Assembly (NCBI GenBank): GCA_951406725.2
Contig: OX597830.1
Location: forward strand, 51,088,001-51,152,000
Length of the DNA: 64,000 nucleotides
Direction: 5' to 3'
DNA from: Octopus vulgaris
Taxonomy: Eukaryota
How positions within the stretch are numbered: the stretch's first letter is position 1; each line of letters opens with the position of its first letter. Under the pieces are notes generated by a model. The model ran no database searches. It was not told the DNA's origin and was given only the letters and a program-made list of their open reading frames with translations. Shown here one piece after another: positions 39,083 through 53,350 of this stretch. A program made the position numbers and the translations under genes.

Positions 39083-39577
39083 AGTACTCTTTGTTGACTC
39101 CAATTTTTTTCAGTTATCAATTCACACACGACAGATGCCCAAACTCAAACTTGAAAGTATGTACAATGTTACTACTGGATAGCACCGGGTGAAATCTGAA
39201 GGTGGACGAGTTTTATACTGTACTCTACTAAGTTCTTAACGGAATATAGCATAATTATATGTATGTGTGTGTGTGTGTGTGTGTGAATGCATAAAAATCA
39301 ACGTACATGCATGCACACATTCAGGTATACGCTTACATATGCGTATATACAGACTTTCATACATTTATAACCCTTGCTTCTAGGCTAGAAACGTGTTCTT
39401 CATCCATTGGTAAGTAATTTGAAAAAGAAAAATAAGGCTAAACTACGCATACTTAGATACGTATATATTTATATATATATAGATACATATAGATATAAGT
39501 GAGTGTATGTGAGTATGTGTGTGTGAGTGCACAAGCGCGTTTTTGTGTGTATGCATATGTGAAAGTATATATATATA

Positions 39578-39638
<61 letters not shown>

Positions 39639-40628
39639 GTACATATGTGTGTGTGTGTGTGTCTGTGTATGTGTGTATGTGTTTGTGTATGTATGCACAT
39701 AGTCACAATCTTTGATTCACTTCCAGACACCGCTGCGAGATACGCTGAGTGCAAGAAATGGAAAATTAGGGAATAAAATGCTAGGGATAATTAATATTAC
39801 AAGGAAGAATCTAGAGTAAATACATAAGCTACAGGGGCTGAATTTTCATAGCGGCCGTCCTAACGATACAACACACGGGAACCTCATTAAAATATTTCAC
39901 GTACGAAACATTTCTATATCATTATATCATCCATCAAAGTCGATAAAGAAATCGTTAAGATTGTAGATGTTACTGTAGGTGGTAGACAGGCGTGAAGCGA
40001 GAGTAGAATAACATTTGGAAACGGATTTCTTTTATACGACCAACTTTTGACATTAACGGTGTAATTGTCACTGTTGCTTTCTTCCGTCAGCCATTAATTT
40101 TCGGTGAAATGTAAGAGACACCTAAGGGCGCGAGGCAGTGTTCAAGTTATATTCCTAATGTCTTCCCTTTCACCTTCGCTATTTTCATATCTGACATCTA
40201 TGGGAATTAAATGATACGCACACAGTTATGCGTACACATAAAAAAAAAAACATGTTTATGCACGTATATATATACGTTCAAGCATCACTACTCATATACA
40301 TGCATATATAGATATATAAGTATTGTTGTATAGATATATAAATATTTATATATCATTTACTTATAAAAACACGCGCACAATCTATATCTATATCTTTCTT
40401 TCGATATATATATATATATATATTAATAGTAATGGTAAGACAACAAAAGAATGAAAGAGACCTCGATATTATGTAAATAGAGAATTTATCTGTAATATAA
40501 TATGCATTTTTTGATTGCCTCGACAACTGACGAGATGGCGGAGCAATTTTCCGCCCCGACATTCGAAACTCGGAGTGTTATTATGGCAACCGAATAATTG
40601 CCACATAGTATATTACATACACACACGC

Positions 40629-40733
<105 letters not shown>

Positions 40734-40739
40734 TATAGG

Positions 40740-40789
<50 letters not shown>

Positions 40790-40895
40790 TATATACACAC
40801 ACATACACACATATACATATATATGCATGTATACATATATGTGTGTGTGTATATGTATGTGTGTGTCTATATATGTATATGTATATATAAATATA

Positions 40896-40940
<45 letters not shown>

Positions 40941-41278
40941 TCTCGATGGATGGTATCCATTATAGAGTGCCTCTATAATGGTGCTCTAGTATCACATTAT
41001 AGAGTGCCTCCTTTTTAAAATCATAAGGTGAAATTTGCCAAGAGTGTTGCAGTTATTTCTAGGAAATCGTGACTCCATGTAGAGGCCCAGTCGTAGTATT
41101 TGTATGCGTGAGTGATCAAGGATGGTGTTGATTGCAGCGTTTGCGTGGTATTAAACATTAGTGTGTATATACTGAATCCGTTTGAAGGAACAGTATGCGT
41201 ATGTTCTTGGCATTTGTATGTATGTATTCAACATACGTATATATAAACAAGATTTCTGAGAGTAAGAATATGTGTGTG

Positions 41279-41311
<33 letters not shown>

Positions 41312-41399
41312 TTGTGTACGTGTGTATGTGATCCATATTCTGTGGGTGTTGAACACATGTTTATAAATTAGAAATAATTATAAAACGTCTCATTAACTA

Positions 41400-41640
41400 T
41401 GTGTGTGTGTATGTGTGTGTGTGTCTGTGTTTGTCCCCCTAGCATTGCTTGATAACCGATGCTGGTGTGTTTACGTCCCCGTTACTTAGCGGTTCGGCAA
41501 AGGAGACCGATAGAATAAGTACTGGGCTTACAAAAAATAAGTCCCGGGGTCGATTTGCTCGACTAAAGGCGGTGCTCCAGCATGGCCGCAGTCAAATGAC
41601 TGAAACAAGTAAAAGAGTAAAAGAGTAAAGAGTAAGAGTA
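41400..41640 (+). mobile_element. SINE family B 3' half
   Basis: GATGCTGGTGTGTTTACGTCCCCG..GGCGGTGCTCCAGCATGGCCGCAGTC..(GTAAAAGA)n. Confidence 0.85.
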
Positions 41641-41819
41641 TGTATGTATTTATACAATTTCCAGTCAAAAATTACTCGCACTTTCGCCAAAACTTCCTCT
41701 ATGGTGACTACGCTGCTTTCAACTTTCGCCTGCTAAAACGTGGTATTCTTGTGGTTTCGCCCCAGTTTTCTTTCTTGTGTTACAGAGTGTGTACCAAGAA
41801 TGGAAAGTGATAACTTATC

Positions 41820-42316
41820 CTGTATTTTTGGAAATCTGCCGGCCCAATGGTTTACCTTCATGGCAGAATTAATAGTCAAGGCTCTTTAAGAATTTTATTT
41901 GATCAAATTCATCCTATGGTTGCAGAACTGTTTCCAGAGAGAAACGCAATCTTTCAGGATGATAATGTACCAATTCACATAGATAAAGTTGTTACTGAAC
42001 AGCACTAGGAACATTCTAGTGACGTTGAACATCTTATCTGGCCACCACAGTCCCCAGATCTGAATATTATAGAACATTTATGGTGCATTTTAGAAAAACA
42101 ACTAAGGAGTCGATATCCTCCATCATCATCACTATAAGAACTGGACGCTGTTTTATCTGAAGAATGGGCAAAAATTCCTTTGGAAACAATTGAAACTCTG
42201 TACGAATAGCTCGTAGAATTCAAGATACAATTACTGCGAAAAGCCGTTCCTACGCCATATTAAAATAAATTTGTTTGAAATTTTAATGTGTTTTCTTTAT
42301 TTTGTCCAACTCCTAT
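41820..42316 (+). mobile_element. Tc1 (DD34E) transposase C-terminal remnant with probable right TIR
   Basis: IFQDDNVPIH..IWPPQSPDLNIIEHLWCILEKQLR..EEWAKIP..TPY* with in-frame stops; ends TATTTTGTCCAACTCCTA-TA. Confidence 0.88.
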
Positions 42317-43059
42317 ATACATATTGATGGATGGATGGGAAAGTTTTGTGTACAAAATAGGACTATCCTAACGAGGGAGAGAGAGGGAGAGAAGAGAGAG
42401 AAAGAGAGAGAAGGTGTGGGTGAACGTAATACCTTTATAGGGTAAGAATTTTATTTTGTGTAGTGGAAAAGTCCACAGATCACAATGAACGATAGTTTTA
42501 AACCGTCAATTTCCACCCGGATTGAAAATAGAATATACTTAAAGTATATTAAGCTATATAAAATATATTAAACTTTTCACTGTCCAAGATATATATACTC
42601 ATATATATGTATTCATATATATATTATATAACAAGAATGTTGAGAAGACAGCCAGTATGATGTTGGAAAGTCTTTTAGTCGGTCATTAATAGAATACAAT
42701 GGATTTCGCGCGACAATTACAATTGTCAGTCTCAATATTCCTGCTTAAAGGAAGCAATTTTCTCCTACATTCTTGAACAAAACAGGAATTAGCAATTTCC
42801 GGTGACGTCATTTCGTTCTTGGCGACTAGCAGAGAAATTCTGTATGCAAAATGAATGGTTGGCATAATTGGTTGCTTCAGAGAGTTAAATGTATATCAGC
42901 TGTGTGGAATGGTGCATTGTGCAGAAAATTGTTTATTCAAATAGGGAGTAGAGAAAACTTTTATAGAACACATATTCCTACTCTATCTTCACCTTTCTTC
43001 CATTTTCTTTTTATTGTCTATTTTACCAAGTCATGTATTATAATTATACTTCTGGAAAG

Positions 43060-43169
<110 letters not shown>

Positions 43170-44508
43170 TAATATTATATATATATATATATTTATACAT
43201 ATGTATATATGTACATATATAAACATATATATGTATTCCATATATATACACATATATATGTATGTATATGTACACTTATAAGGATGGATGTATGCATGTG
43301 CATGTATATATATATATATATATATATCCATGCATAGATATATAAATATATATATATACATACACACATATATTTATGTATAAATATATATATATGTAGA
43401 TGTGTGTGTGTGCGTATGTATGTATATATACATATGCATATATATATGTATATATAAACAAATATATATATATATACTATGGCAAACACACACGCGTGCA
43501 AAAACACATATATGTATATACGTGTGTGAGGAGGGAGAGAGAGAAAGAGAGAGTATGTGTGAAAGAGAGTAAGAGAGGTTTTTATACGTATATTCATAGG
43601 TAAATAGAAAGATATAGGTATACAGATACTTATACAGAATCGCGCACGCGCACACACACATATTATATGTAAGGGCATTTACGTCTGTATTTATTTAAGC
43701 AGGTATATATGTATAGACATTACGGCTTAAATACCGATCGCTATGTGTTTTGATGGCCAATTTTGTATTCAGTTCATTTGAATGCGTTTCAAATCTGCGT
43801 GACTGAGAAACGAAAACACATGCACACAGACACACACAGACACACACACACTCATACACACACACACACACACGCACTCACACACACGCACTCACACACA
43901 ACACAGACATAGTATACCTGAACGAACTCTACTGATTTAGAAGGAATAAATTTCAACTGCCCGCCATTCTTGCGTTTAACTGCAGGAAATAATATGGCAA
44001 ATTACATATATTCTTGTGTGTGTGCTTCTCTGTGTGTGTGTGTGTGTGTGTGTATGTGAGTGCGTGTGTTAAGCATTTATAGAGATTCAGTGTTAGACAA
44101 CTAAATAGCTGGCGTAGGGTTTAGATTTATATAGCCATGGCAACTTAAGATGGCGGAGTGTTGAGTATTACGACATTCCATAAAGTGTTAGCAACAACTG
44201 CTGATGGAAGACGGTCATATATTGGTAACGATTCCCTTTTCCTTCTAATCATGCAAGAGACATGTATGTGTGTATGGAGTTACTTATGTATGTATAGCAT
44301 ATATATATACACACATACTCAAATACACACTCACACACACACACACATTCACATATATATATATATATATATAATGTGCGTATGTTTATACGTATATATG
44401 TATCGCTCGCTCGATCGATCGATCGATCTACCTATTTATCTATCTATCTATCTACCTCTATGTTCTATTGGATCAACAAGGATGTGTATGTTTGTGTGTG
44501 CGCGCGCC

Positions 44509-44570
<62 letters not shown>

Positions 44571-44745
44571 TGTGTAAGTTTGTTGTGCATTAATCAATAA
44601 TCAGTATCCTGGCAAAATATATTTTGTCGATTATAGATTAAATGTTTATTCACTTTCAGACTTACCTTTAAGTTCTTTATTCTAAATGCCCTGACACACC
44701 TTCTTTGAACATGTCCACTCTGTAATATATATAAGTATGTATATA

Positions 44746-44803
<58 letters not shown>

Positions 44804-44825
44804 ATATATACATATATATATATAT

Positions 44826-44896
<71 letters not shown>

Positions 44897-45212
44897 CTAT
44901 GTATCTATATATATATGCATACACATATAAGTGAATTTAAAATGTAAGATCTTACTAGAAACAACATTAACTATATGGATCAAGCGAACTTTTTTCTTTT
45001 TATACGTTTTATCTTTTATCTTTTATATATATATATATATATACACACACATAGACACACGCGTGAGTGTGTGTGTGTGTGTGTGTGTACGTATAAGAAT
45101 GTGTGTGTCCAAAAGGAGAGAGACTACAATAGGACTGGAGAGAAATAAGTCGGGTGACGGTTCTGTATGTATAATACCCATATATTACAGTTTTGTCTCA
45201 CTTTATGTAATA

Positions 45213-45724
45213 CTAGCAGTATCGCCCGGCGTTGCTCGGGTTTGTAAGGGAAATAACTATATAAGCATTTTTAGAGAGTTACTTCCCTTATAGATGCCAA
45301 TTCGGGCTTTCTTAGCCATTTCTGTTTTGGTGTCTTCAAGCCATGAAGTCGTTGTTCTAAAAGAACGCTGGTCTCCTTGACAACGCTTTACGACGTTGAT
45401 TTCCTTACACTCCCTTCCCCACAGCTTCACGAGGGAGGGAAGAAGGGGAGAAGCAAACAGGTGCAGGTGTGACCATGGACGCCAACTTCGCCGCCATCGA
45501 CACACGAAAAAATATGCATTAAAATGGAATAAAAAATGATGTTAAATTATTTTTAAAATCGTAGACTCATCATAGACGCAAGCTAATAGCCAGACGGGCT
45601 CGATATGAATCACGACTATAAGATACCCGAATTTGGTTAAACTGCACCGCAAAATGTGGGAGTAGTTAGGAATCTAAATCGAAGGGGACAGACACTCACA
45701 CAACTACAGTTTTATATATATAGA
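45213..45724 (-). mobile_element. Non-autonomous Helitron, 512 bp
   Basis: Minus strand A|TCTATATATATAAAACTG ... CCCGAGCAACGCCGGGCGATACTGCTAG|T: 5'-TC, 3' GC hairpin, CTAG end, and insertion between A and T. Confidence 0.88.
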
Positions 45725-45869
45725 TCACGTGTTGAAAAACGTAGAGTGACTGAGAATATCCAAGCAATTAAAAGTCAAAACATCCCTTCAGGTGTGTTTA
45801 AAAAGTAAAAATAATTACTAGAAACAGCATTATTTTATGAATCAAGCGAATATATTTTTGATTTTGTTT

Positions 45870-46102
45870 TTACTCATGTTTAACCTTGTACTTGTTTCAA
45901 TTATTGGATGGTAGCCATGCGGAGGCTCCACCTTGAATGGTTTTAGTCGAACAAATTGACCCCAGCACTTATTTGATAAAGCTTAGTACTTATTCTATCA
46001 GTCAGTTCTACCGAGCCATAAAGTTGAGCACACAAATCAACACAGGTTATCAAGGTGTGGTGGTGGATGCAGCCACAAAATAATAACACACACACACATA
46101 CA

Positions 46103-46133
<31 letters not shown>

Positions 46134-46542
46134 TTCTTTATTGCCCAGAAGGGACTAAACATAGAGGGGACAAACAAAGAGATTAAGTCGATTACATCGA
46201 CCCCAGTGCGTAACTGGTACTTTATTTATCGACCCCGTACGGATAAAAGGCAAAGTCGACCTCGGCGGAATTTGAACTCAAAACTTAACGGCAGTCGAAA
46301 TACCGCTAAGCATTTCGCCCGGCGCACTAACGTTTCTGCCAGCTCGACGCCTTATATATATGTACATATAAGTATGCGACGTGCCTCTTTCAGTTTCCGT
46401 CCACCACATCTATTCATAAGGCTTTGATCGACCCGGGCCTATAGTAGAAGACACTTGCCCAAAGTGCCGCTGAGTGGGACTGAACTCAAACCCATGTGAC
46501 TGGGAAGCAATCTTGTTACACAGACAACCATACCTGCGCCTA
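45870..46542 (-). mobile_element. SINE B copy interrupted by a SINE A insertion (46131-46352)
   Basis: SINE B 3' half at 45870-46090 and 5' half at 46375-46542 flank a complete SINE A sitting in the internal microsatellite. Confidence 0.8.
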
Positions 46543-47427
46543 TTTATTTATCTACTTTTTATATATATTTATTTATTTCGAAAATAAAATTGATGAGAGT
46601 TTATGCGTCGCATTGTATATAGAGATCAATGTTGAATCTGTTAGTTGATAAAGCATTTTACAGTCATTGTATAAATATAAGCTTTACAGGTGTTAAACTC
46701 GCTGCTGTATATTGTGTATCTGCATCTCGCAGGAATCATTTTCACAGGATTTTTTTTTTTTTTGCTGATTCCTATTATTTTTACAAGGTCTAAACATAAT
46801 TTTACTTTAAGTACCCTCAGCTCAAATTATATTTATATTACTGCTAGCGTTGTTGATATATCATGAAGCTTTCTCCATACATTAATATGGCTGTTTGCCA
46901 TTACTTATTCCGGTTTTCAACGGCAATTAAATTTGGTCGTAAATTTGTTCATAAAGCTATAGAAAAGACATTTCCTCAAGGTAATACGCAGTGGTATCGA
47001 AATTAAAAACACGTAGATAAGAAGCAAACATAATCTTAACTAGATAACCATACTTTTGCCTACTCACAATATATATACAGTTGGCTTTCACATACTGGGT
47101 TGAAATGCGTTACTTTCATCAGTTGACTTTAAAGACAAGATTCGCTTCAATCTGTATTGTCAATATCGCCTAAAATATTTCAATCGACTGATCTGAAAGG
47201 TGTTATCTCCCATAGTTCATGCTTCCAGATTTAAATTACCCTTACACAGAGTTGTTTTATCTCCTTGGATAGTTTCACTTCATTGAAGTTATTCAACGTA
47301 TTACTTTATTTATGTTTGACCTTGTGGTATTCGTATTTCGGAAGCAGAACACTCTCCTGGGGTATTTTACTTCAACTATATGATTGGGATTCATAAGTCT
47401 CACAATGTGTGTGTGTTGTGTGTTTGT

Positions 47428-47505
<78 letters not shown>

Positions 47506-48299
47506 AATGCACATGAATTAAACATACTTTTAAATAATGCTTCGCTTGGGCGGTCTAATAAAATCGTGACAATCCATTCCTTTTTTCTCTTTCTTTACTT
47601 TTGAGATCAAATCTATTTTAATCATTATGTCCCCTATGTATGTTATATATTATGCTTCTCTGTGGTATTTTCTCCTTGCCATATTGTTGATAAACAATAT
47701 AGAATATAACTATATGCATATAAATACAAACACACACAAACGCACACACATATGTTCCAAACGACTAGAATCAAAGCTATTCAATTAGAATATATTTCTT
47801 CTTTCCAACTGTATGACTATTCATGTTGAACATCATAATTATTTCTTGCACTAGAATGTTAACCCTAACTGAACTATGTACTGTTCTTGTACTTGCTAAA
47901 TGCCACAAACCCTCTGATCTACTCTCTTTCTTCTTGATGCACCAGGATTAAGAAAAGCGTGACTCTAGGAGACTATATCACCGAAGATATTCTTCCCTTT
48001 ATTAGAGTGAAGAGAGTGATTCAAGAGAAATTTAGATTTTGCTTCTTGCAGATCAGCTATCACGTACAGGAGCTCTCATTGGCTTCAGGGAATCAATGGG
48101 TTTTAAACGAAGATGCTGCGGTGTTTGTACCTTTTCCAATATTGTTGATGTGGTGAGTGGAGAGATAGATTTCTGGTACTAACCGTAACACAATATATAC
48201 GCTTTGAAAAAAAATTATGATGGGATAAATATTTCTTTAATTTACCTATAAGTCGATTTCATCAAGTGTATGACTAATTTTCTTTCATGGTGGGAAAAA

Positions 48300-49030
48300 A
48301 CAGTGAGATAGCAGAAATACTTTCGTGTCGGAAAACATGCTCTGCAACATTTTTTCAAGCATTGCGTTTTGAGTTCAAATACCGCTGAGCCGACTTTACC
48401 ATTCGTCTTTTTGGGGTAGATAAAATACGTATCAACTGAGCACGTATTGACTTGTACATTCCACACAAAAATTTCAGGCTTCCTTCCTAGAGCAAGAAGA
48501 ATTATTTCTTTGAGAGACAATTTGTAAAGGAGATTGCTTTAATATTGGTTTTAAAGTCAGGCGGCGAGCTGACAGAATCGTTAGCAAGCCGGGCGAAATG
48601 ATTAGCTGTATTTCGTCTGCCGCTACGTTCTGAGTTCAAATTCTGCCGAGGTCGACTTTGCCTTTCATCCCTTTCATCCCACTGGGGTCGATATAATGGA
48701 CTTAATCCGTTTGTCTGTCCTTGTTTGTCCCCTCTGTGTGTAGCCCCTTGTGGGCAGTAAAGAAATAGGTATTTCGTCTGTCTTTTCGTTCTGAGTTCAA
48801 ATTCCGCCGAAGTCAACTTTGTCTTTCATCCTTTCGGAATCGATAAATTAAGTACCGGTTGCGTACTGGAGTCGATCTAATCGACTGGCCCTCTCCAACC
48901 AAATTTCGAGCTTTATGCCTAGAGTAGAAAAGAAAAGAACATTGGTTTCAAAGTTTGGTACAACGTCAGCAATGTCAGGGGAGGTGTTAAGTCGATTACA
49001 TTACCCTATTGTTCAACTTGTACTTATTGT
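48300..49030 (+). mobile_element. SINE family A cluster: degenerate copy, dimer at 48559-48935, short inverted fragment
   Basis: AGGCGGCGAGCTGACAGAATCGTTAGC head at 48559 and AAAGAAATAGGTATTTCGTCTG dimer junction at ~48760. Confidence 0.82.
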
Positions 49031-49217
49031 AACCAGAAGCGAAGGCTGTGTCCATACTCCCTTTTATAAGACCTCTGAGACAAGTAGAAGAGAGGGCAAG
49101 GAGGAGATATCCTCAGACCTGGCCTCAAATGTTTGCAACAGAGTAGAATCTAAAAAAGGTTCCCGAGGTGCTACATGGTTGTGTTTAACTGGGTGATGGA
49201 TTAAGTCTGGTAACTCA

Positions 49218-49277
<60 letters not shown>

Positions 49278-49344
49278 AAGAAGAAGAAGAAGAAGAAGAA
49301 GAAGAAGAAGAAGAAGAAGAAGAAGAAGAACAAGAAGAAGAATA

Positions 49345-49535
49345 CTGGTTTCAAGGTCAAAAATTTCAAGTGAGGGGATAAGTCAATTGCATCGATCCAA
49401 GTACGTATTTTAGTGACCCCAAAAGGATGAAAGTCAAAGTTGATCCCAGTGAAATTTGAACTCAGAAAGTGTAAGGGGGCGAAATGCCACTGAGCCTGTC
49501 ACCCGGCGTGCTAACGATTCTGTCAGCTCGCTGTC
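49345..49535 (-). mobile_element. Degenerate SINE family A
   Basis: AAAGGATGAAAGTCAAAGT..TTTGAACTCAGAA..CCCGGCGTGCTAACGATTCTGTCAGCTCG on the plus strand. Confidence 0.75.
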
Positions 49536-50464
49536 CTGAAGGTCCTGTTAATATTTCAACTTAAAACATAAAGTGAATCTTGTAAGCTGTGTGTAGCCGT
49601 GCTGCGTTACCATATCTGACAATACATGGCATTAAATATTGGTGAAATAATGGCAGTGTCGTAAAATAAGTTTGTAATTATGCAAATATAGACTTTAGTT
49701 AAGATTTAGGCACTTCCAGTCGCTAACAGAGGGATTTATATATTCAAGAGTACATAGCCATTAATGACAAACAAGCCATTTGCCAACCCGTCATAAAATA
49801 CCTTAATCTTGTGTGGTGCAAACAATATGGAAGTAATATATGTCCAAATTCTACGCATTCTCAATATTATTTATGCCTACACTAGAATAATGAAGTAAAT
49901 AAATAAATAACAGATAGGAAAAAGAAATCTAGGAAACAGAATGCAAACGGTGTCAGTGCTCCTTAGAACCGAAGCAGTTCTATAAAGAATATAACATACT
50001 TTTCTTCCATGGCAACATATTAAATGGAAAGAAGAAATTTGGCAATAAACCTCCGAGTTCTCATGAAAAATTGTTCTGTCAATAAAGCGGTTAAATAGTT
50101 CACGGCATCATTGAAGTATAGTTCCACATAAATTGCTGCTGCTGCTCTTGTTGTTGTTGTTTCTGTTGTTGTTGTTGTTGTTGTTGTTGCTGCTGCTGCA
50201 GTTTTTTTTTTTTTTTGCATGAGGCCAGCCCTGATGAAACAACAAGAAGACTTTTATTCAAAGGTTTAAAAATTGTAACTTCCTTCCCTTTTAGTTTTTT
50301 TTTTTCAGGTGTAATTATACATCTAGGATTATGTTACATAATCTTTTACCTTTAATTTTGTACTAGTTTCAGTCACTAGACTACGACCATGCTGGGTTAT
50401 GGCCTTGAAATTTTAGTCGAATGATCCCAGTACTTACACTTTTATAAGTCTGGCATTTGCTGCA

Positions 50465-50950
50465 AAACCAACATTTTCTGGTTAATTTTTGCCCCTGTCA
50501 CCGTTTCGTACTCCCTTAGGGTAGGGACTAGCACCTCAATTTCTGAGATGTCCGACACTGTGACGGTGAGGGCGTCAGCATAAACCGACACGAACCCTCT
50601 GCGTCGTAGTTAACGACGGATGCCCCCCCCCCCGAAAAACCCAGCTTCACTAGCAATGGCTTGAGGCCGAGCACGTAAATAAGGGGTGGGTGTGGCCATC
50701 CTTGACGGACTTAACAAGTGATGCTAAAGCGATTCCGATAGGTGGCCGTTTATGTTGACTATTGAACAGATGTCTCTGCACATTGAAACGATCTAGTCTC
50801 TGCAAGCGGGACCGAAACCGATCACCGCGTGGACAGCCTTCAAGTATTGGTGGTCGACCCTATCGAAAGCTTTTGGTTGGGCGATATTCATCAGCTCCCC
50901 GCCTAAGCAAGGATCCTTATTTTACGCGTTGGTCAATATCTAGTAATCTA
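50465..50950 (-). mobile_element. L1/Tx1-clade reverse transcriptase fragment (pseudogenic)
   Basis: Minus-strand pieces QPKAFDRVDHQYL..GFGP..VNINGHLS / VRQGWPHPPLIYVL.LKPLL / SVYADALTVTVSD..YETVTGAKIN correspond to RT motifs KAFDRV, QGCPLSP and YADD. Confidence 0.85.
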
Positions 50951-50958
50951 TGTTCAGC

Positions 50959-51019
<61 letters not shown>

Positions 51020-51833
51020 GCTTCTCTCAGTTTCCGTTTTCCGTCAACGAAATTCCCTCACAAGGCTTTTGTAGGCCTGAGTTTGAAGAAGAACCCGGAA
51101 TCTTGTGGTTGGAAAGGAAGCTTCTTACCAGATATCCATCCATGTACCCTTGTGAATATAAATATTTATATGCATATATGTATTTCTCTGTGTGTATTTG
51201 TGAGTGTGTGTGTATGTATGTGTATGTGTGTGTACAGGCGTATGTATGCATGTATGTATGTATGTATGTATGTATGTATGTATGTATGTTTAGCAGAAAC
51301 TATGCTCCACTGTTTTTCTCACGTATTGTAAGGTGGTTTTGACTACCAACCCATGACAATAATCAGTGTCAGCAAACCAAAAAAAGAAAATGAGAACTAT
51401 TTAGATTTCTATAACAAAACGTTAGTCTATTGTTGTATTGTTGTGACTTGTATTTTAACAACTTCGCAATGAATTGGTACAAATATAAAACCTTGCACTA
51501 CACCTCTCTAATACTGAGTTCAATTTCACACACTAGAGTGATAACAATACAATATATTGTATTTTCGTTGTAATATTGTCTTTGTTACTGCTCAGGCTGA
51601 TAGAGATGGCGATAGTGTTACTAATGTTGTTGTAGTTCTTAGTATTGTTGGGGCTGATGTTGTTGTCGTTGAAGTCGTTGGTTTTTGTGTATTTTTTTTC
51701 TTCACTATATTAGAGAAATAATGACAACTAATGCAGCCGGACAATATTGTGGCTTGCACATTCACTGAACACACAAAGGCTATTCTTCTCAATGGCAATA
51801 TGATTTAGCCTTAGAAATATCTTGTCACTATTT

Positions 51834-51851
51834 TTATTATCATTATTATTA

Positions 51852-51919
<68 letters not shown>

Positions 51920-51923
51920 GTTG

Positions 51924-51972
<49 letters not shown>

Positions 51973-52034
51973 CATCATCATCAGCATCATTGTTGTTGAT
52001 ATTATTATTATCATTATCATTATTATCATTATCA

Positions 52035-52069
<35 letters not shown>

Positions 52070-52203
52070 ATTATTATCATCATCAGCAGCAGCAGCATCA
52101 TCATCATTGTTGTTGTTGTTGATATTATTATTATTATTATTATTATTATCATCATCATCAGCAGCAGCAGCATCATCATCATCATCATCATTGTTGTTGT
52201 TGA

Positions 52204-52267
<64 letters not shown>

Positions 52268-52307
52268 ATTATTATTATCATTATCATCATTATTATTATT
52301 ATTATTA

Positions 52308-52345
<38 letters not shown>
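51834..52345. repeat. ~510-bp (TTA)n/(TCA)n/(GCA)n compound microsatellite
   Basis: Direct reading. Confidence 0.97.
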
Positions 52346-52439
52346 GGTGTTGTTATATAAAATATTTGGGGAAAGGAAGTATATAATACCAACGTGAGAG
52401 TTTTGATTATCATCATCATCAATACCATTATTAATATTA

Positions 52440-53350
52440 TTATTCTTACAAATCAGTCGTAGTTTTATTGCGTGTTTTCACTGCACTGTCGAAGATAGCT
52501 ATGTTTGCCTTGGGCATGCGCAAGGTTTTATTTTCGGTTTCGTTATCTTTACTGTATCGAAAATATTCTCAATAATCTTTTGAAATGCTTTTTTTTTTAT
52601 GTTATGCTACGCTAGTTTATAAATTCTTGGATGGTGGTTATACATATATGTATCTGCAAAATTTTTCGAGGGAGGTCGGCTTCTTTTACCATCTCCAAGG
52701 CATCTATCATTGAAGCAAATGTATTTTGTTTTCGGCCCGACATCGGAGTTATATCTATTTCTAGATGTTTATATTTTCTCTTTTATTATTTCACTTGCTT
52801 CTGTCGAAACAGTCCTCCATTTTCTTAGGCATATGCTATTATCTTTTAGAAGAATTACGTCCAGCACATTAGGAGGTATTTACTTTTATGGTAGTCCTAG
52901 ACAACAATATCTGCTCGATTAATCTTGATCTCTCTTGTATCCTTGTATTGGTATATCTTAAAATGTGGTCGGTTTCTTATATTCAAATACTAGTGACACG
53001 TATGCCTATACCATCTATTTTCTCTTTAGTATTTCATAAAACTCGCACAATATCAAGTGTAATTCTGAACTCATAAATATCTGTGGATATATTATTTGTT
53101 AGTTAAGATAATGCGCTCAAAGACAATTTGATTAATTGTTTCTTCCCAATTTCCACAACTTCGGCAGTTATCATATTATACATTAGTATAGGTATTTGAT
53201 GGCTCCTGGAGAAGAACCTTTGGACCTGTGTCGCAGTCAAGAACTTTTCAGCTCAATACTTTGCAGCCACTGTCATGACTTGTCCTAATTCTACATTTTT
53301 CCAAGTATCCACATACTGGACATGTTGGGTCTTTCCTTACCATCGTCTTA
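52440..53350 (-). mobile_element. R4/Dong-type retrotransposon 3' fragment (zinc knuckle plus RLE), heavily decayed
   Basis: Minus-strand translation CRSCGNWEETINQIV..K*YIHRY..RWYRH..REIKINRADIVV*D..KYKHLEIDIT..MIDALEMVK. The 3' end points into the (TAA)n tract. Confidence 0.78.

Noticed and set aside
40957-41010. 11-bp perfect hairpin CCATTATAGAG-TGC-CTCTATAATGG with a partial repeat
   Set aside because: Too short, and consistent with a local template-switch product; no functional support.
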